From NCBI GenBank assembly GCA_963521605.1, contig CAUQVF010000007.1:8388-72387 (forward strand): a stretch of DNA of 64,000 nt, given 5' to 3'. The stretch's first letter is position 1; every line of letters starts with the position of its first letter. A model generated the notes under the pieces. The model did no database searches and was not told where the DNA came from. It saw only the letters and a program-made list of their open reading frames with translations. The translations under genes were made by a program, and so were the position numbers. Shown in pieces: positions 1 through 8,771 of this stretch. Source of the DNA: an uncultured Peptostreptococcaceae bacterium. GTDB lineage: Bacteria > Bacillota > Clostridia > Peptostreptococcales > Filifactoraceae.

Positions 1-508
1 AGATTTTTAGTACAAGTATAAAATATGCTATTGCTGAAAATATAAGTGCAACTACAGTCATGGCTACAGCTCCCTTTAAAAAACCTACAAAATGAAAAAA
101 ATAGTTTTTATTTCCCTTACAATCCTCTGTCCCCGGCAAGACAAAATACTTACAATTAAGGAGGCATATAAAAAGCCAATCCACTATAATAAGATCTGTA
201 AAATTCCAAAAAATACAGATAATCCAGAGGTGAATAAAGATTGTAACGAAGTTAAAATTACTTCCCTTATATTGAAAAATAGCAAATGCAAGCAATAAGG
301 CAATAAGTATAGTAAAACTTATAATAGCAAATATTAAGCCTTTTTTCTTTACCTCTGCTGTAAGTTCAGGTATATTTGCCACCTTCCTTACATCATCCGG
401 ATAATCGTGCTCAATGGTATGAGGAAAAACTCTAACAGAAATAGATACCATTATAATCCATAAAAGTGACCAGAGTATTGATTGCATAAATATAACTTGA
501 TAATTCAT
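1..508 (-). CDS. Integral membrane protein of unknown function (partial; C-terminus runs off the window)
   Basis: Absent from the ORF track because it has no in-window stop. Manual reverse translation from ATG (508-506) gives MNYQVIFMQSILWSLLWIIMVSISV... and stays open to position 1. A GAGG Shine-Dalgarno lies ~7 nt upstream, and there are several hydrophobic segments. Confidence 0.5.
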   Translation of the reverse strand, partial: MNYQVIFMQSILWSLLWIIMVSISVRVFPHTIEHDYPDDVRKVANIPELTAEVKKKGLIFAIISFTILIALLLAFAIFQYKGSNFNFVTIFIHLWIICIFWNFTDLIIVDWLFICLLNCKYFVLPGTEDCKGNKNYFFHFVGFLKGAVAMTVVALIFSAIAYFILVLKI

Positions 509-784
509 AAGCCTACCTCTAATTCTTTTCTAATATTATATTATAAAAATACCAATATATCAAAATACAATTATATTACAAAATTTATAATTATTATTAT
601 TTAATACTAATACTAAAAAGCAATTAAATAGTCCCAAAATATATTAAAGATGAGTTGTACAAAACTACAAAAAATTATATTTCAACAAGTTCAAATATAT
701 GAGATTATAAATAGTGAGTAGTATAATCTTTAATATTTCTTTATAATAGAAATTTGCTATTATGAATGCTGTTTAGAATAAGAC

Positions 785-808
785 AAAAAAAGCCACCATA
801 AAGGTGAC
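785..808 (-). terminator. Intrinsic terminator downstream of ridA
   Basis: Minus strand reads GTCACC-TTTAT-GGTGGC followed by TTTTTTT, starting 12 nt after the ridA stop. Confidence 0.5.
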
Positions 809-819
809 TTGATTTTTGA

Positions 820-1194
820 CTATTTTGTTGCAAATACTTCTATTTCAACTATTGCATCCTTAGGTAATTTTGCAACTTGTACTGCTGAACGAGCAGGAGG
901 GTTGTTTGTAAAGTATGTTGCATATACTTCGTTCATTGCTGCAAAGTCATTAATATCTCTAAGGAATACAGTAGTTTTTACTACATTATCCATAGATGAA
1001 CCTGCTGATTCTAGTATAGCCTTGCAGTTTTCAAGACTTTGTTTTGTAGCTTCTTTTATATCTTGCTTCAACTCTCCAGTTGCAGGATCGATAGGCAATT
1101 GTCCAGATGTTATTATCATATTACCAAAGCTCATACCTTGAGAGTAAGGTCCTATAGCTCCGGGTGCATTTTTTGTTTCAAGAACTTGTTTCAT
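820..1194 (-). CDS. ridA: RidA/YjgF-family reactive intermediate (enamine/imine) deaminase
   Basis: 124 aa with the family-typical N-terminus TKNAPGAIGPYSQG and ...TTVFLRDINDFAAMNEVY...PARSAVQVAKLP. AGGAGG RBS upstream. Confidence 0.9.
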   Translation of the reverse strand: MKQVLETKNAPGAIGPYSQGMSFGNMIITSGQLPIDPATGELKQDIKEATKQSLENCKAILESAGSSMDNVVKTTVFLRDINDFAAMNEVYATYFTNNPPARSAVQVAKLPKDAIVEIEVFATK

Positions 1195-1640
1195 TATTTT
1201 TCCTCCTAAATAAATTGATTAAATTGACAGTTTCATCATAGCAAATATATGTATCAAAACAAATAAACTAACAGAAGACGGCAAATAACTACCACTTATT
1301 CATCACAATAATTTCTCCGTTATATTTAAAATGCTTTGCAACTTTTTCGAAAAAAACTGATGAAAATCAGGATTAATCGATATAAATTCGATATGATGAA
1401 AGCTGTCAACACTAGCTAATATTATATCACTTTTTATAATTATTGTATAGTGATTAAATAAAAAAACCATATATATCAATATTTATAAAAAGCTGATTTC
1501 TAAAAAGCTTTAAAACATACATAAGCTTCATGTACTAAAAATAAACAAAGGTATTCATAACAATTTCTTCAAAATAACTAAGTACATATTTAGCTTTATT
1601 GTGTTTTATATTGATAATATGGTTTATTATTACTTCTATT

Positions 1641-2903
1641 TTATAGTTTTTCTAAGTCTTCAAGTATTTCTCTACTGTCCTTAACAGATTTTGTATAAAT
1701 CTGAGGCAGCTTAGTATAGTCTATGCCTATCATGTGGCACATATCTCCTACTTCTTCCCAGTTACCTGCCTCATAGCTGCGCAATAGGTGCAAGAGCTTA
1801 TAAAGTAGCCCTTTTTCATTTAGCAGCGCATCTGATATATCTCCTGATAGGTCAAGAGATTCGACTATTTCTTCCATAGTCATATCAAAGAGTATGTCAA
1901 ACATATCTATCATTGAAGTCAGTATCATCTCTCCTTGATATTCTTTGAGATTTGGAGTTTCAGATATTATATTTTCAACAAAGGAAGTACGAATTATTAT
2001 AGTTCTTATTACTTCCTTATTAAGTCTATCCCTATTTTTACCCCTTGTCTTTACTTCTTGAAAAAGAAGTATTTTCAGCCATCTGTTTAATTTTCTGTAC
2101 CCAAGTAGCGACACTGCTCTTTGAATGGAGTCAATTTTTATATAGATATTTACCCTCATTGAATTAGCAATACGCAATACCTTAAAGGCAAGCACAGGAT
2201 CTCTTTCAATATATCTTGAGATTTTAAGTAAATCTACAAATCTTTCCCCTGAATTAGTAAATTTAGGAGTATTGAGCTTTCTAATTATTTCAAGACAGCT
2301 TTTGACATTTATAGATATATAGTTGCCCTTGTGTACTATGGGTTTTGCATAGTAAAAACCTTGAAACAGCTTATAATTTAACTCCAGCGCAAGTTTGTGC
2401 ATCTCTTCATTTTCAACTTTTTCTGCTAAGAGTATCTTTTTTTTGAATTTTTCCTTTTTTGAAAGTTGCCTTATGTCATCTATTGAATTTGCAATAAAGT
2501 CAACCTTTATATAATCTGCAAGGTCAATAAACTCTTCGTTTTTATATCCTATTTTATAATCGTCAACTGCGATTTTAAAACCTGCACGCTTGAGCTGTAT
2601 CAACCTGTTTACTATTATCTTTTCTTCTTCCACAGTTTCCAATATTTCAATTACGTGATCTGATGGTGAAAGCACATCCATGATATTGTCAAGAAGTAGA
2701 CTTCTGTCAAAATTCAAAAACATTTTTTTTGATGTATCTATATTATAGTTATAATAAAATGTATTTACATTTGTCAAAACGTCCACTGTCTTTTCAAGAT
2801 CTGTACTTATATCATCAGTCACTTCATTTCTATATAAAAACTCATATGCAACAACCGTATTTTCAGTGTTGAAAATAGGCTGCCTTGCAAATAGCATATT
2901 CAC
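1641..2903 (-). CDS. EAL + HDOD domain protein (PdeH/YuxH-type putative c-di-GMP phosphodiesterase)
   Basis: N-terminal EAL-like motifs: YEFLYR, FLNF, EILE, AVDDY, KVD, EKVE, FQGFYYAKP. C-terminal HDOD-like segment: RDPVLAFKVLRIANS. GTG start 7 nt after AAGGAG, only 22 nt downstream of the preceding ORF. Confidence 0.8.
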   Translation of the reverse strand: MNMLFARQPIFNTENTVVAYEFLYRNEVTDDISTDLEKTVDVLTNVNTFYYNYNIDTSKKMFLNFDRSLLLDNIMDVLSPSDHVIEILETVEEEKIIVNRLIQLKRAGFKIAVDDYKIGYKNEEFIDLADYIKVDFIANSIDDIRQLSKKEKFKKKILLAEKVENEEMHKLALELNYKLFQGFYYAKPIVHKGNYISINVKSCLEIIRKLNTPKFTNSGERFVDLLKISRYIERDPVLAFKVLRIANSMRVNIYIKIDSIQRAVSLLGYRKLNRWLKILLFQEVKTRGKNRDRLNKEVIRTIIIRTSFVENIISETPNLKEYQGEMILTSMIDMFDILFDMTMEEIVESLDLSGDISDALLNEKGLLYKLLHLLRSYEAGNWEEVGDMCHMIGIDYTKLPQIYTKSVKDSREILEDLEKL

Positions 2904-2925
2904 CTGAAAGCTCCTTAATTTTAAA

Positions 2926-3588
2926 TCAGTTTATCAGTACGTCACTTATCTGTCTTAGTGAGGAATTTGTTTCAAACTCCTTAATTCCGTATTTTACCTT
3001 ATTATTAATGTCCAAAATATATATTATCTTCATAAATGACGCTGTATCTTCCACCAAGTTTTTTCTTCCTAAATAATCTGAAAGTGCATATTGATTAGCC
3101 TCTACTTCAGATAAAGATATATTTAATCTGTCAGCACTTGATATATATCCTCCATCTTGCATCTGTTTTGAATACTTAACTCGGTCAAAATTTATCATCT
3201 CCATAAGCATCATCAGGTCATTTTTGTGAGGATAGATGCCTTTACTTATTAGCAAATCCGCTATCTCACTGTTTGTCATACCTTGTCTTATGTTGAGCTT
3301 TAGCTTTGTTTTTACTGAATTTTCGTTTTTTTGTCCGTCATTTTTTAGCTTGGATTCTTGTTTATTTTCTTGCTTTGAATTAACTTTTTTTGTCAATTCT
3401 TCTATTTCTTTGTCTTTTTGTGAAATCTGAGATTTCAGGTCAGTATTTTCTAAAATTAATTTTTCCTTGTCTATATTAATATTGGATGGTAAAGAGTCTT
3501 TTTTTGCAAATATGATAAAAAACAAAATACTTATTGATATTCCAAGAAATATTCCTAATAAATATGAGAGCTTTACATTTGTATTCAT
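2926..3588 (-). CDS. Membrane-anchored coiled-coil protein, unknown function
   Basis: 220 aa with one N-terminal TM helix (LLGIFLGISISILFFIIFA) and a K/E/Q-rich coiled-coil. The C-terminal part has two short segments (NIRQGMTNSEIADLLISKGI and SSLRQISDVLI) that resemble YceG/MltG N-terminal-type modules. ATG is 2 nt after the upstream stop with a GAGAGG RBS. Confidence 0.6.
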   Translation of the reverse strand: MNTNVKLSYLLGIFLGISISILFFIIFAKKDSLPSNINIDKEKLILENTDLKSQISQKDKEIEELTKKVNSKQENKQESKLKNDGQKNENSVKTKLKLNIRQGMTNSEIADLLISKGIYPHKNDLMMLMEMINFDRVKYSKQMQDGGYISSADRLNISLSEVEANQYALSDYLGRKNLVEDTASFMKIIYILDINNKVKYGIKEFETNSSLRQISDVLIN

Positions 3589-3590
3589 CT

Positions 3591-3926
3591 TTACAGACCT
3601 CTCATCTTAATCATAAGTTCTACTTCTTTTACACTCTTATTCATCTTCTTGGCTATATCTTTAACCGGCAACTTATTTCTTACATATGTTGACAGCTCGT
3701 CGGTACTTTCACCGCCTTCTATTCTTATATCCGATACCGCCTCAGACAAGTCTTCCAACTTTTCTTTTACCTCATCCACCTTAGTACCTAAAAGCATAAA
3801 ATAGGCTCTAAACTTTGCTTCTTCCGATGTTTCCTTATCTTTTTTTAATAATTTGACATAGACTGCTATATTTGTAATTATAGAAATAAGCGAAAAAGCA
3901 AGTATTATCGCCGTCTTTACATCCAT
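3591..3926 (-). CDS. Small single-pass membrane protein with C-terminal HTH-like tail, unknown function (occupies the position of swrB after sigD)
   Basis: 111 aa with an N-terminal TM helix (AIILAFSLISIITNIAVYV), an acidic coiled region and the C-terminus VKDIAKKMNKSVKEVELMIKMRGL. GGAGAG RBS 6 nt before the ATG, 43 nt after the sigD stop. Confidence 0.6.
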   Translation of the reverse strand: MDVKTAIILAFSLISIITNIAVYVKLLKKDKETSEEAKFRAYFMLLGTKVDEVKEKLEDLSEAVSDIRIEGGESTDELSTYVRNKLPVKDIAKKMNKSVKEVELMIKMRGL

Positions 3927-3969
3927 GATTTACTCTCCATATTCTCATCTCAATATTTATCTTAAGCTA

Positions 3970-4713
3970 TTAACTCATTAATTTTTTGAGTTTAGTAAGA
4001 CAAGCACTTATAATCTGAGATATTCTTGATTCTGAAATACCAATAATCTCAGATATTTCCTTATAAGTTAAATTTTCATAATAATATAGATTTATTATTA
4101 TCTTTTCCTTTTCTTTAAGAGTATCTATAGCCTTTGCAAGATCATTGACAGTATCTGTATATATAAGCTGTTGTTCAGGTGAATTTTCCACCTTTGTATC
4201 CGGTATTTGTATCTTGACATTTTCAGATAATTCATCTTCTATAGATACTATATTAAATGTCGCAGTCTCATCAAAGAGCTCGTCGACTTCCTTAGGACTT
4301 AAACACATATGCTCTGCAATCTCATGCCTGTTAGCTTCTCTTCCAAGCTTATTTTCGAGTTCTTCCACCGCAGTATTGAGCATCTTCATCTTTTTTCTTA
4401 TGCCTCTTGGTATCCAGTCCTGACTTCTTATCTCGTCAATGATAGCTCCTCTTATTCTAATAGAGGCATAAGTTTCAAACTTGATATTTTTTGAATAATC
4501 GAACTTATCGATTGCATCTATAAGCCCAATTATTCCATAACCCATAAGATCGTCATATTCTATCTTTTGGGCATAGTAATTGAAAAGTTTGCCTGAAACT
4601 ATTTTTACAAGGCTTACATACTTTGTTATTATTTCTTCTTTTATCTTTCTCTTTTTGTCCGGATTTTTTTCCTCAGCATATAACTTCCAGATATCAGCAC
4701 TTTCATTTAGCAA
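3970..4713 (-). CDS. sigD: Flagellar sigma factor, FliA/SigD (sigma-28) family
   Basis: 247 aa with sigma-70 regions 2-4 recognisable (DLMGYGIIGLIDAIDKFD, YASIRIRGAIIDEIR, LTYKEISEIIGISESRISQI). Last regulatory gene of the fla/che cluster, as in Bacillus. Apparent TTG start preceded by GGAGGGAG. Confidence 0.9.
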   Translation of the reverse strand: MLNESADIWKLYAEEKNPDKKRKIKEEIITKYVSLVKIVSGKLFNYYAQKIEYDDLMGYGIIGLIDAIDKFDYSKNIKFETYASIRIRGAIIDEIRSQDWIPRGIRKKMKMLNTAVEELENKLGREANRHEIAEHMCLSPKEVDELFDETATFNIVSIEDELSENVKIQIPDTKVENSPEQQLIYTDTVNDLAKAIDTLKEKEKIIINLYYYENLTYKEISEIIGISESRISQIISACLTKLKKLMS

Positions 4714-4718
4714 TTAAA

Positions 4719-5051
4719 TCAGGCTCCCTCCGCTTTTATATTTTGATTTTCCTCTTCACTTGCCTGCTCTGCCGACTCTTGTTCCAACTCTTCATTGCCG
4801 ACTTGTCTGAGCAAGTCCTTTATTTCATCCTCACTACTTGAAACATCCAATGTAAAACTGCTCTTCTCCACATCCTCAAGCACTTTTTTGATATTGTGTA
4901 TACAAAAAAACATCAAATTAATACATAAAGCAGTAATTAAAATAACTTCCATATAGCTGTAAAAACTTACTTTTTTTAAAATAGATATCAATGTTATACC
5001 CATTAGAAGGACATAATTCACAAAAGTATAGATTATGAATTCATCTTTCAT
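4719..5051 (-). CDS. Small two-TM membrane protein with acidic tail, unknown function
   Basis: 110 aa. Its ATG overlaps the cheD stop (ATGA), which suggests translational coupling. Two hydrophobic helices are followed by an SSSEDE...EELEQESAEQASEEE tail. No motif recognised. Confidence 0.55.
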   Translation of the reverse strand: MKDEFIIYTFVNYVLLMGITLISILKKVSFYSYMEVILITALCINLMFFCIHNIKKVLEDVEKSSFTLDVSSSEDEIKDLLRQVGNEELEQESAEQASEEENQNIKAEGA

Positions 5052-5533
5052 ATTACGCTGTCGCCTTTGCCTATGCTTTTTATGTGCAAGTCATTAGACG
5101 CTACTTCAAAGGTAATAGTCCTTCCGTTGTTTCCGTGCAAGTCTTCAGCTACTATAGGTATATTCAAACTTTTGAGTTTTTTCTTTACTGCCTCAGCATT
5201 CTTTTTTCCAATGTTGAGATTATCACTTTTAAGAGAAACGCTGAACATCTGAGCTCCGCCGGCAATCTTAGCCTTGAGTAAAGACTTGTTCACCCCTTGT
5301 TTGAGCAAATCAGCCATCATCATATCTATACAGGTATCTGCAAATTTCATCTTATTTGAGTTATTTTTGATTTCTTCGCTTGAAGGCAACATTATATGTG
5401 CCATACCGGCAACTTGTTTGGTCTTATCATATATTACTACTCCGACACAAGATCCCAAACCGAGTGTTATTAGAGAATCCGGCGATTTAGCAATCTTATA
5501 ATCAGCCATACCTACTTTAATAATTTCTCCCAT
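5048..5533 (-). CDS. cheD: Chemoreceptor glutamine deamidase CheD
   Basis: 161 aa with LITLGLGSCVGVVIYD...AGMAHIMLP, typical of CheD. Position after cheC. Confidence 0.9.
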   Translation of the reverse strand: MGEIIKVGMADYKIAKSPDSLITLGLGSCVGVVIYDKTKQVAGMAHIMLPSSEEIKNNSNKMKFADTCIDMMMADLLKQGVNKSLLKAKIAGGAQMFSVSLKSDNLNIGKKNAEAVKKKLKSLNIPIVAEDLHGNNGRTITFEVASNDLHIKSIGKGDSVI

Positions 5534-5534
5534 C

Positions 5535-6152
5535 TTATAACACTCCTAATTTCACAAATAATTTTTCAAAAGAAGGTAAGTCGGGCATAAAGAAGAAATA
5601 GCAATTTACATTTTCGCCCTCAAGATCAAGCTTATTTTCTATCAATATCAGCTTATCCGACTCTATACCGTATTCAACCGCAGGAACACTTAGTATAGAG
5701 CTGACCATATCTACAGACACTGACGGAATGGAAATATTCATAAATAGGCTGGAAAACATTGAAATGGCATTTACATATCCACTTGTCATTATATTTCCAA
5801 GCTCCTGTATAACAGATTTTTCCATATCAGTGTACATATACCCTTCCGGTGATGTTCCTATCAATTTACTTATAAGCACTTGTGCAGATTTTTGATCCAA
5901 CAAAGTCAATATTGTCCCGTCAATATCTCCTGTAAAGTGTATATATACGCCTACTGTGATTTCTTCAGGATCATTGAACAAATCCACCACTTTTTCAGTT
6001 TCCATTACTTCTATGTTGGGAACCTGCATATCAACCTTCATATTTATCATCTGTGAAAGTGAAGTTGCCGCATTTCCCGAACCTATATTTCCTATTTCTT
6101 TTAGAAGGTCCAGACACATATTGTTAATACTATCTATAGAAAAAGCACTCAT
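5535..6152 (-). CDS. cheC: CheY-P phosphatase CheC
   Basis: 205 aa with the CheC/FliY signature EIGNIGSGNAATSLSQM and a second repeat ELGNIMTSGYVNA. Confidence 0.85.
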   Translation of the reverse strand: MSAFSIDSINNMCLDLLKEIGNIGSGNAATSLSQMINMKVDMQVPNIEVMETEKVVDLFNDPEEITVGVYIHFTGDIDGTILTLLDQKSAQVLISKLIGTSPEGYMYTDMEKSVIQELGNIMTSGYVNAISMFSSLFMNISIPSVSVDMVSSILSVPAVEYGIESDKLILIENKLDLEGENVNCYFFFMPDLPSFEKLFVKLGVL

Positions 6153-6195
6153 TTTTTACTCCTATCATAATTTATATACAAAACAGACATCTTCG

Positions 6196-6615
6196 TTAAA
6201 CGCTCAATACCTTGTCCACATCGAGCAAAATTATCATCCTGTTGTTGTCTTTTGCTATCCCTCTTACATATGATGAAGCTGATGCCGTTTCTACTGAAGT
6301 ATACTCTATCGTACTTGGTAGCAACTCCTTTACCTCATAAGTGGCATCTACTATATATCCTACCATCATATCATTGAGTTTGCTCACTATTATCCTTGTT
6401 TCGCTGTCTGCTTGTTTCATAGCAAGTCCAAGTCTTGACCTTAAATCTATCACAGGTACTATCTCGCCTCTTAAGTTTATTACGCCTCTTACATAGCCTT
6501 GAGTCTTAGGTACTCTTGTTATCTCCATATCCCTTTCGATAGTTTCTACCGTATCTATTTTTATCGCATAAAACTCGTCAGAGAGTTTGAATATTACATA
6601 TTGATTTTCATTCAT
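6196..6615 (-). CDS. cheW: Chemotaxis coupling protein CheW
   Basis: 139 aa with a CheW-like fold pattern: YVIFKL..E.YAI....V..I......TRVP......VRGVINLRGEIVPVIDLR. Confidence 0.9.
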   Translation of the reverse strand: MNENQYVIFKLSDEFYAIKIDTVETIERDMEITRVPKTQGYVRGVINLRGEIVPVIDLRSRLGLAMKQADSETRIIVSKLNDMMVGYIVDATYEVKELLPSTIEYTSVETASASSYVRGIAKDNNRMIILLDVDKVLSV

Positions 6616-6672
6616 TGAAAAATCCCCTTTTAATTAACTTAAGCTGATATATTTATTGTATTTTTATATATC

Positions 6673-8769
6673 TTATTCAAAAATTTCATTAGTATCTATA
6701 ATCAATGCCACTCCGCCGTTTCCAAGTATTGTCGCTCCGGCAATAAGTTTTACGAAGTGAAGATAAGGTCCAAGCGATTTTATAACTATTTCCTGTTGAC
6801 CTATTAGAGAGTCTATTATAAGACCTAAGTCCTTTTCTCCCTTTCTGACTATTACTACAGTTACAGTCCCTTCTTTTCTTTGCTTATCTTCACAATCCAG
6901 TATCTCAGACATTCTCTTAAGTTCAAGAGGATTATCTCTATACAGAATTATCTCTTTGTTTTCTATATTTCTTATGTTACTTGTATCTATATTAGTTATC
7001 TCTTTAATGCTGTTAAGCGGAATAGCATATTTTTCTCCACCGACAATTACAAGTAGTGCCTGTATTATTGCAAGTGTAAGCGGAAGTCTTATTATAAATG
7101 ATGAACCCTTATCTTTTTCGGTATTTACTTCCACTGTACCGCTTAGAGATTCTATCTTAGTCTTTACTACATCAAGCCCTACTCCACGACCTGATACGTT
7201 ACTGATTTTGTCAGCAGTTGAAAATCCTGCCGCAAATATAAGTTCTGCAGCCTTGTTTACATCAAGTTCATCAGCCTGTTCTTGAGTAAGTATACCTCTA
7301 TCTACAGCCTTTTGTTTTACTTTTTCAGTATTTATTCCTGCACCGTCATCAGTTACTTCGATAACTACGGTATTTCCGTCCTGATAAGCGATAAGATTTA
7401 TCGTTCCGTCCTTGTCCTTGCCCTTTTTCACTCTTTCTTCCGGTGATTCTATACCATGGTCGGCTGAATTTCTGAGTAAGTGAACAAGAGGATCACCTAT
7501 TTCGTCTATTACTGTTCTGTCAACTTCAGTTTCTTCTCCCGACATTATCAAGTTAATGTTTTTACCTAGATCCTTTGACAAGTCTCTTACCATTCTCGGG
7601 AATCTGTTAAACACTCTTTCGATAGGCACCATTCTTACCTTTGTTACGGCATCGTGCAATTCAGTAGTCACTCTTTCAAGGTATTCCACTGCTTCTGTCA
7701 TATTTTGTTTCTTAGAGAAGATTTGATTATCTTCAAGTCTTGTCTTTACTATTATAAGTTCGCTGACAAGGTTCATAAGGTTGTCAAGCCTGTCTATATC
7801 CACCCTGATAGTCTTTGCAGACTTTGCCTTTTGCGGTCCATGAGCAGCTTCAGTCTTTGCTTCAACTTTTTTAGGAGCTTCCGGAGCCTTTGCTTCTTCT
7901 TGAGCCTTTGGCTCTTCCACTTTTACACTTTCCTGTGGCTCTTCCTTAGCTTGTGTTTCTTCATAATTTTCAAGAATATCGATGTTAAAGTTGCTTATTT
8001 CAACAGTTTCAACTTCAGAAACCGACTCCACTGAAGGTTTAATCTCGTCTATAGATTCTTTTGTCATAAAAAGTACAGTGAATTTACCTTCAAAACTTTC
8101 AGACTCTATGTCGTCAGATGAAGGATTTGAGAATATTACTTCCCCTGCATCTTCTAAGTTTTTAAATACTATAAAAGCTCTTGCTGATTTGAGCATACAC
8201 TTTTCTTCAAGTGATACCGAGATTTTGTAAATTAAATATCCCTCATCCATCATGGCCTTAGCTGTATGGTATAAGGCAAGCGCATCGTCCTTGGAAAGAT
8301 TAAGATCATCTTTTTCATTGCTGTTTGCAGTGGAGCTTTGTAAGATAGCTGAATTTTGCCCTGACATATTTTCGCTTAGACTTCCGCCTTTTTCCAAAAT
8401 GTCAAGTCTGTTTATTATATCAGATATATCTAATGCCTTTTCCTTACCGTCTTCTTCTATACTCTTAATTTGAAGGTCAAGTATATCCAAACCCTCAAAG
8501 AGTATGTCTATCATATCTCTATTTAAATCAAATTTATGAGAGCGTACTCCGTCCAATATATTTTCAAGTTTATGAGTAAGCTTTGTTATTATCTCAAAGC
8601 CCATAGTACCAGCCATACCCTTTAAAGTATGTGCTATTCTGAATATCTCGTTTACTATGTCGAGATTATCAGGTGATTCTTCAAGTCTCAATATACTTTC
8701 GTTGAGATTTTGTAAATGATCTTTTGATTCGTCTAAAAATATGTCAATATATTGATCAAAATCAAGCAT
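6673..8769 (-). CDS. cheA: Chemotaxis histidine kinase CheA
   Basis: 698 aa with an Hpt domain (FRIAHTLKGMAGTMGF), an HATPase domain (HLLRNSADHGIE, DDGAGI, GRGVGLDVV) and a C-terminal CheW-like domain. Confidence 0.95.
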   Translation of the reverse strand: MLDFDQYIDIFLDESKDHLQNLNESILRLEESPDNLDIVNEIFRIAHTLKGMAGTMGFEIITKLTHKLENILDGVRSHKFDLNRDMIDILFEGLDILDLQIKSIEEDGKEKALDISDIINRLDILEKGGSLSENMSGQNSAILQSSTANSNEKDDLNLSKDDALALYHTAKAMMDEGYLIYKISVSLEEKCMLKSARAFIVFKNLEDAGEVIFSNPSSDDIESESFEGKFTVLFMTKESIDEIKPSVESVSEVETVEISNFNIDILENYEETQAKEEPQESVKVEEPKAQEEAKAPEAPKKVEAKTEAAHGPQKAKSAKTIRVDIDRLDNLMNLVSELIIVKTRLEDNQIFSKKQNMTEAVEYLERVTTELHDAVTKVRMVPIERVFNRFPRMVRDLSKDLGKNINLIMSGEETEVDRTVIDEIGDPLVHLLRNSADHGIESPEERVKKGKDKDGTINLIAYQDGNTVVIEVTDDGAGINTEKVKQKAVDRGILTQEQADELDVNKAAELIFAAGFSTADKISNVSGRGVGLDVVKTKIESLSGTVEVNTEKDKGSSFIIRLPLTLAIIQALLVIVGGEKYAIPLNSIKEITNIDTSNIRNIENKEIILYRDNPLELKRMSEILDCEDKQRKEGTVTVVIVRKGEKDLGLIIDSLIGQQEIVIKSLGPYLHFVKLIAGATILGNGGVALIIDTNEIFE

Positions 8770-8771
8770 TA

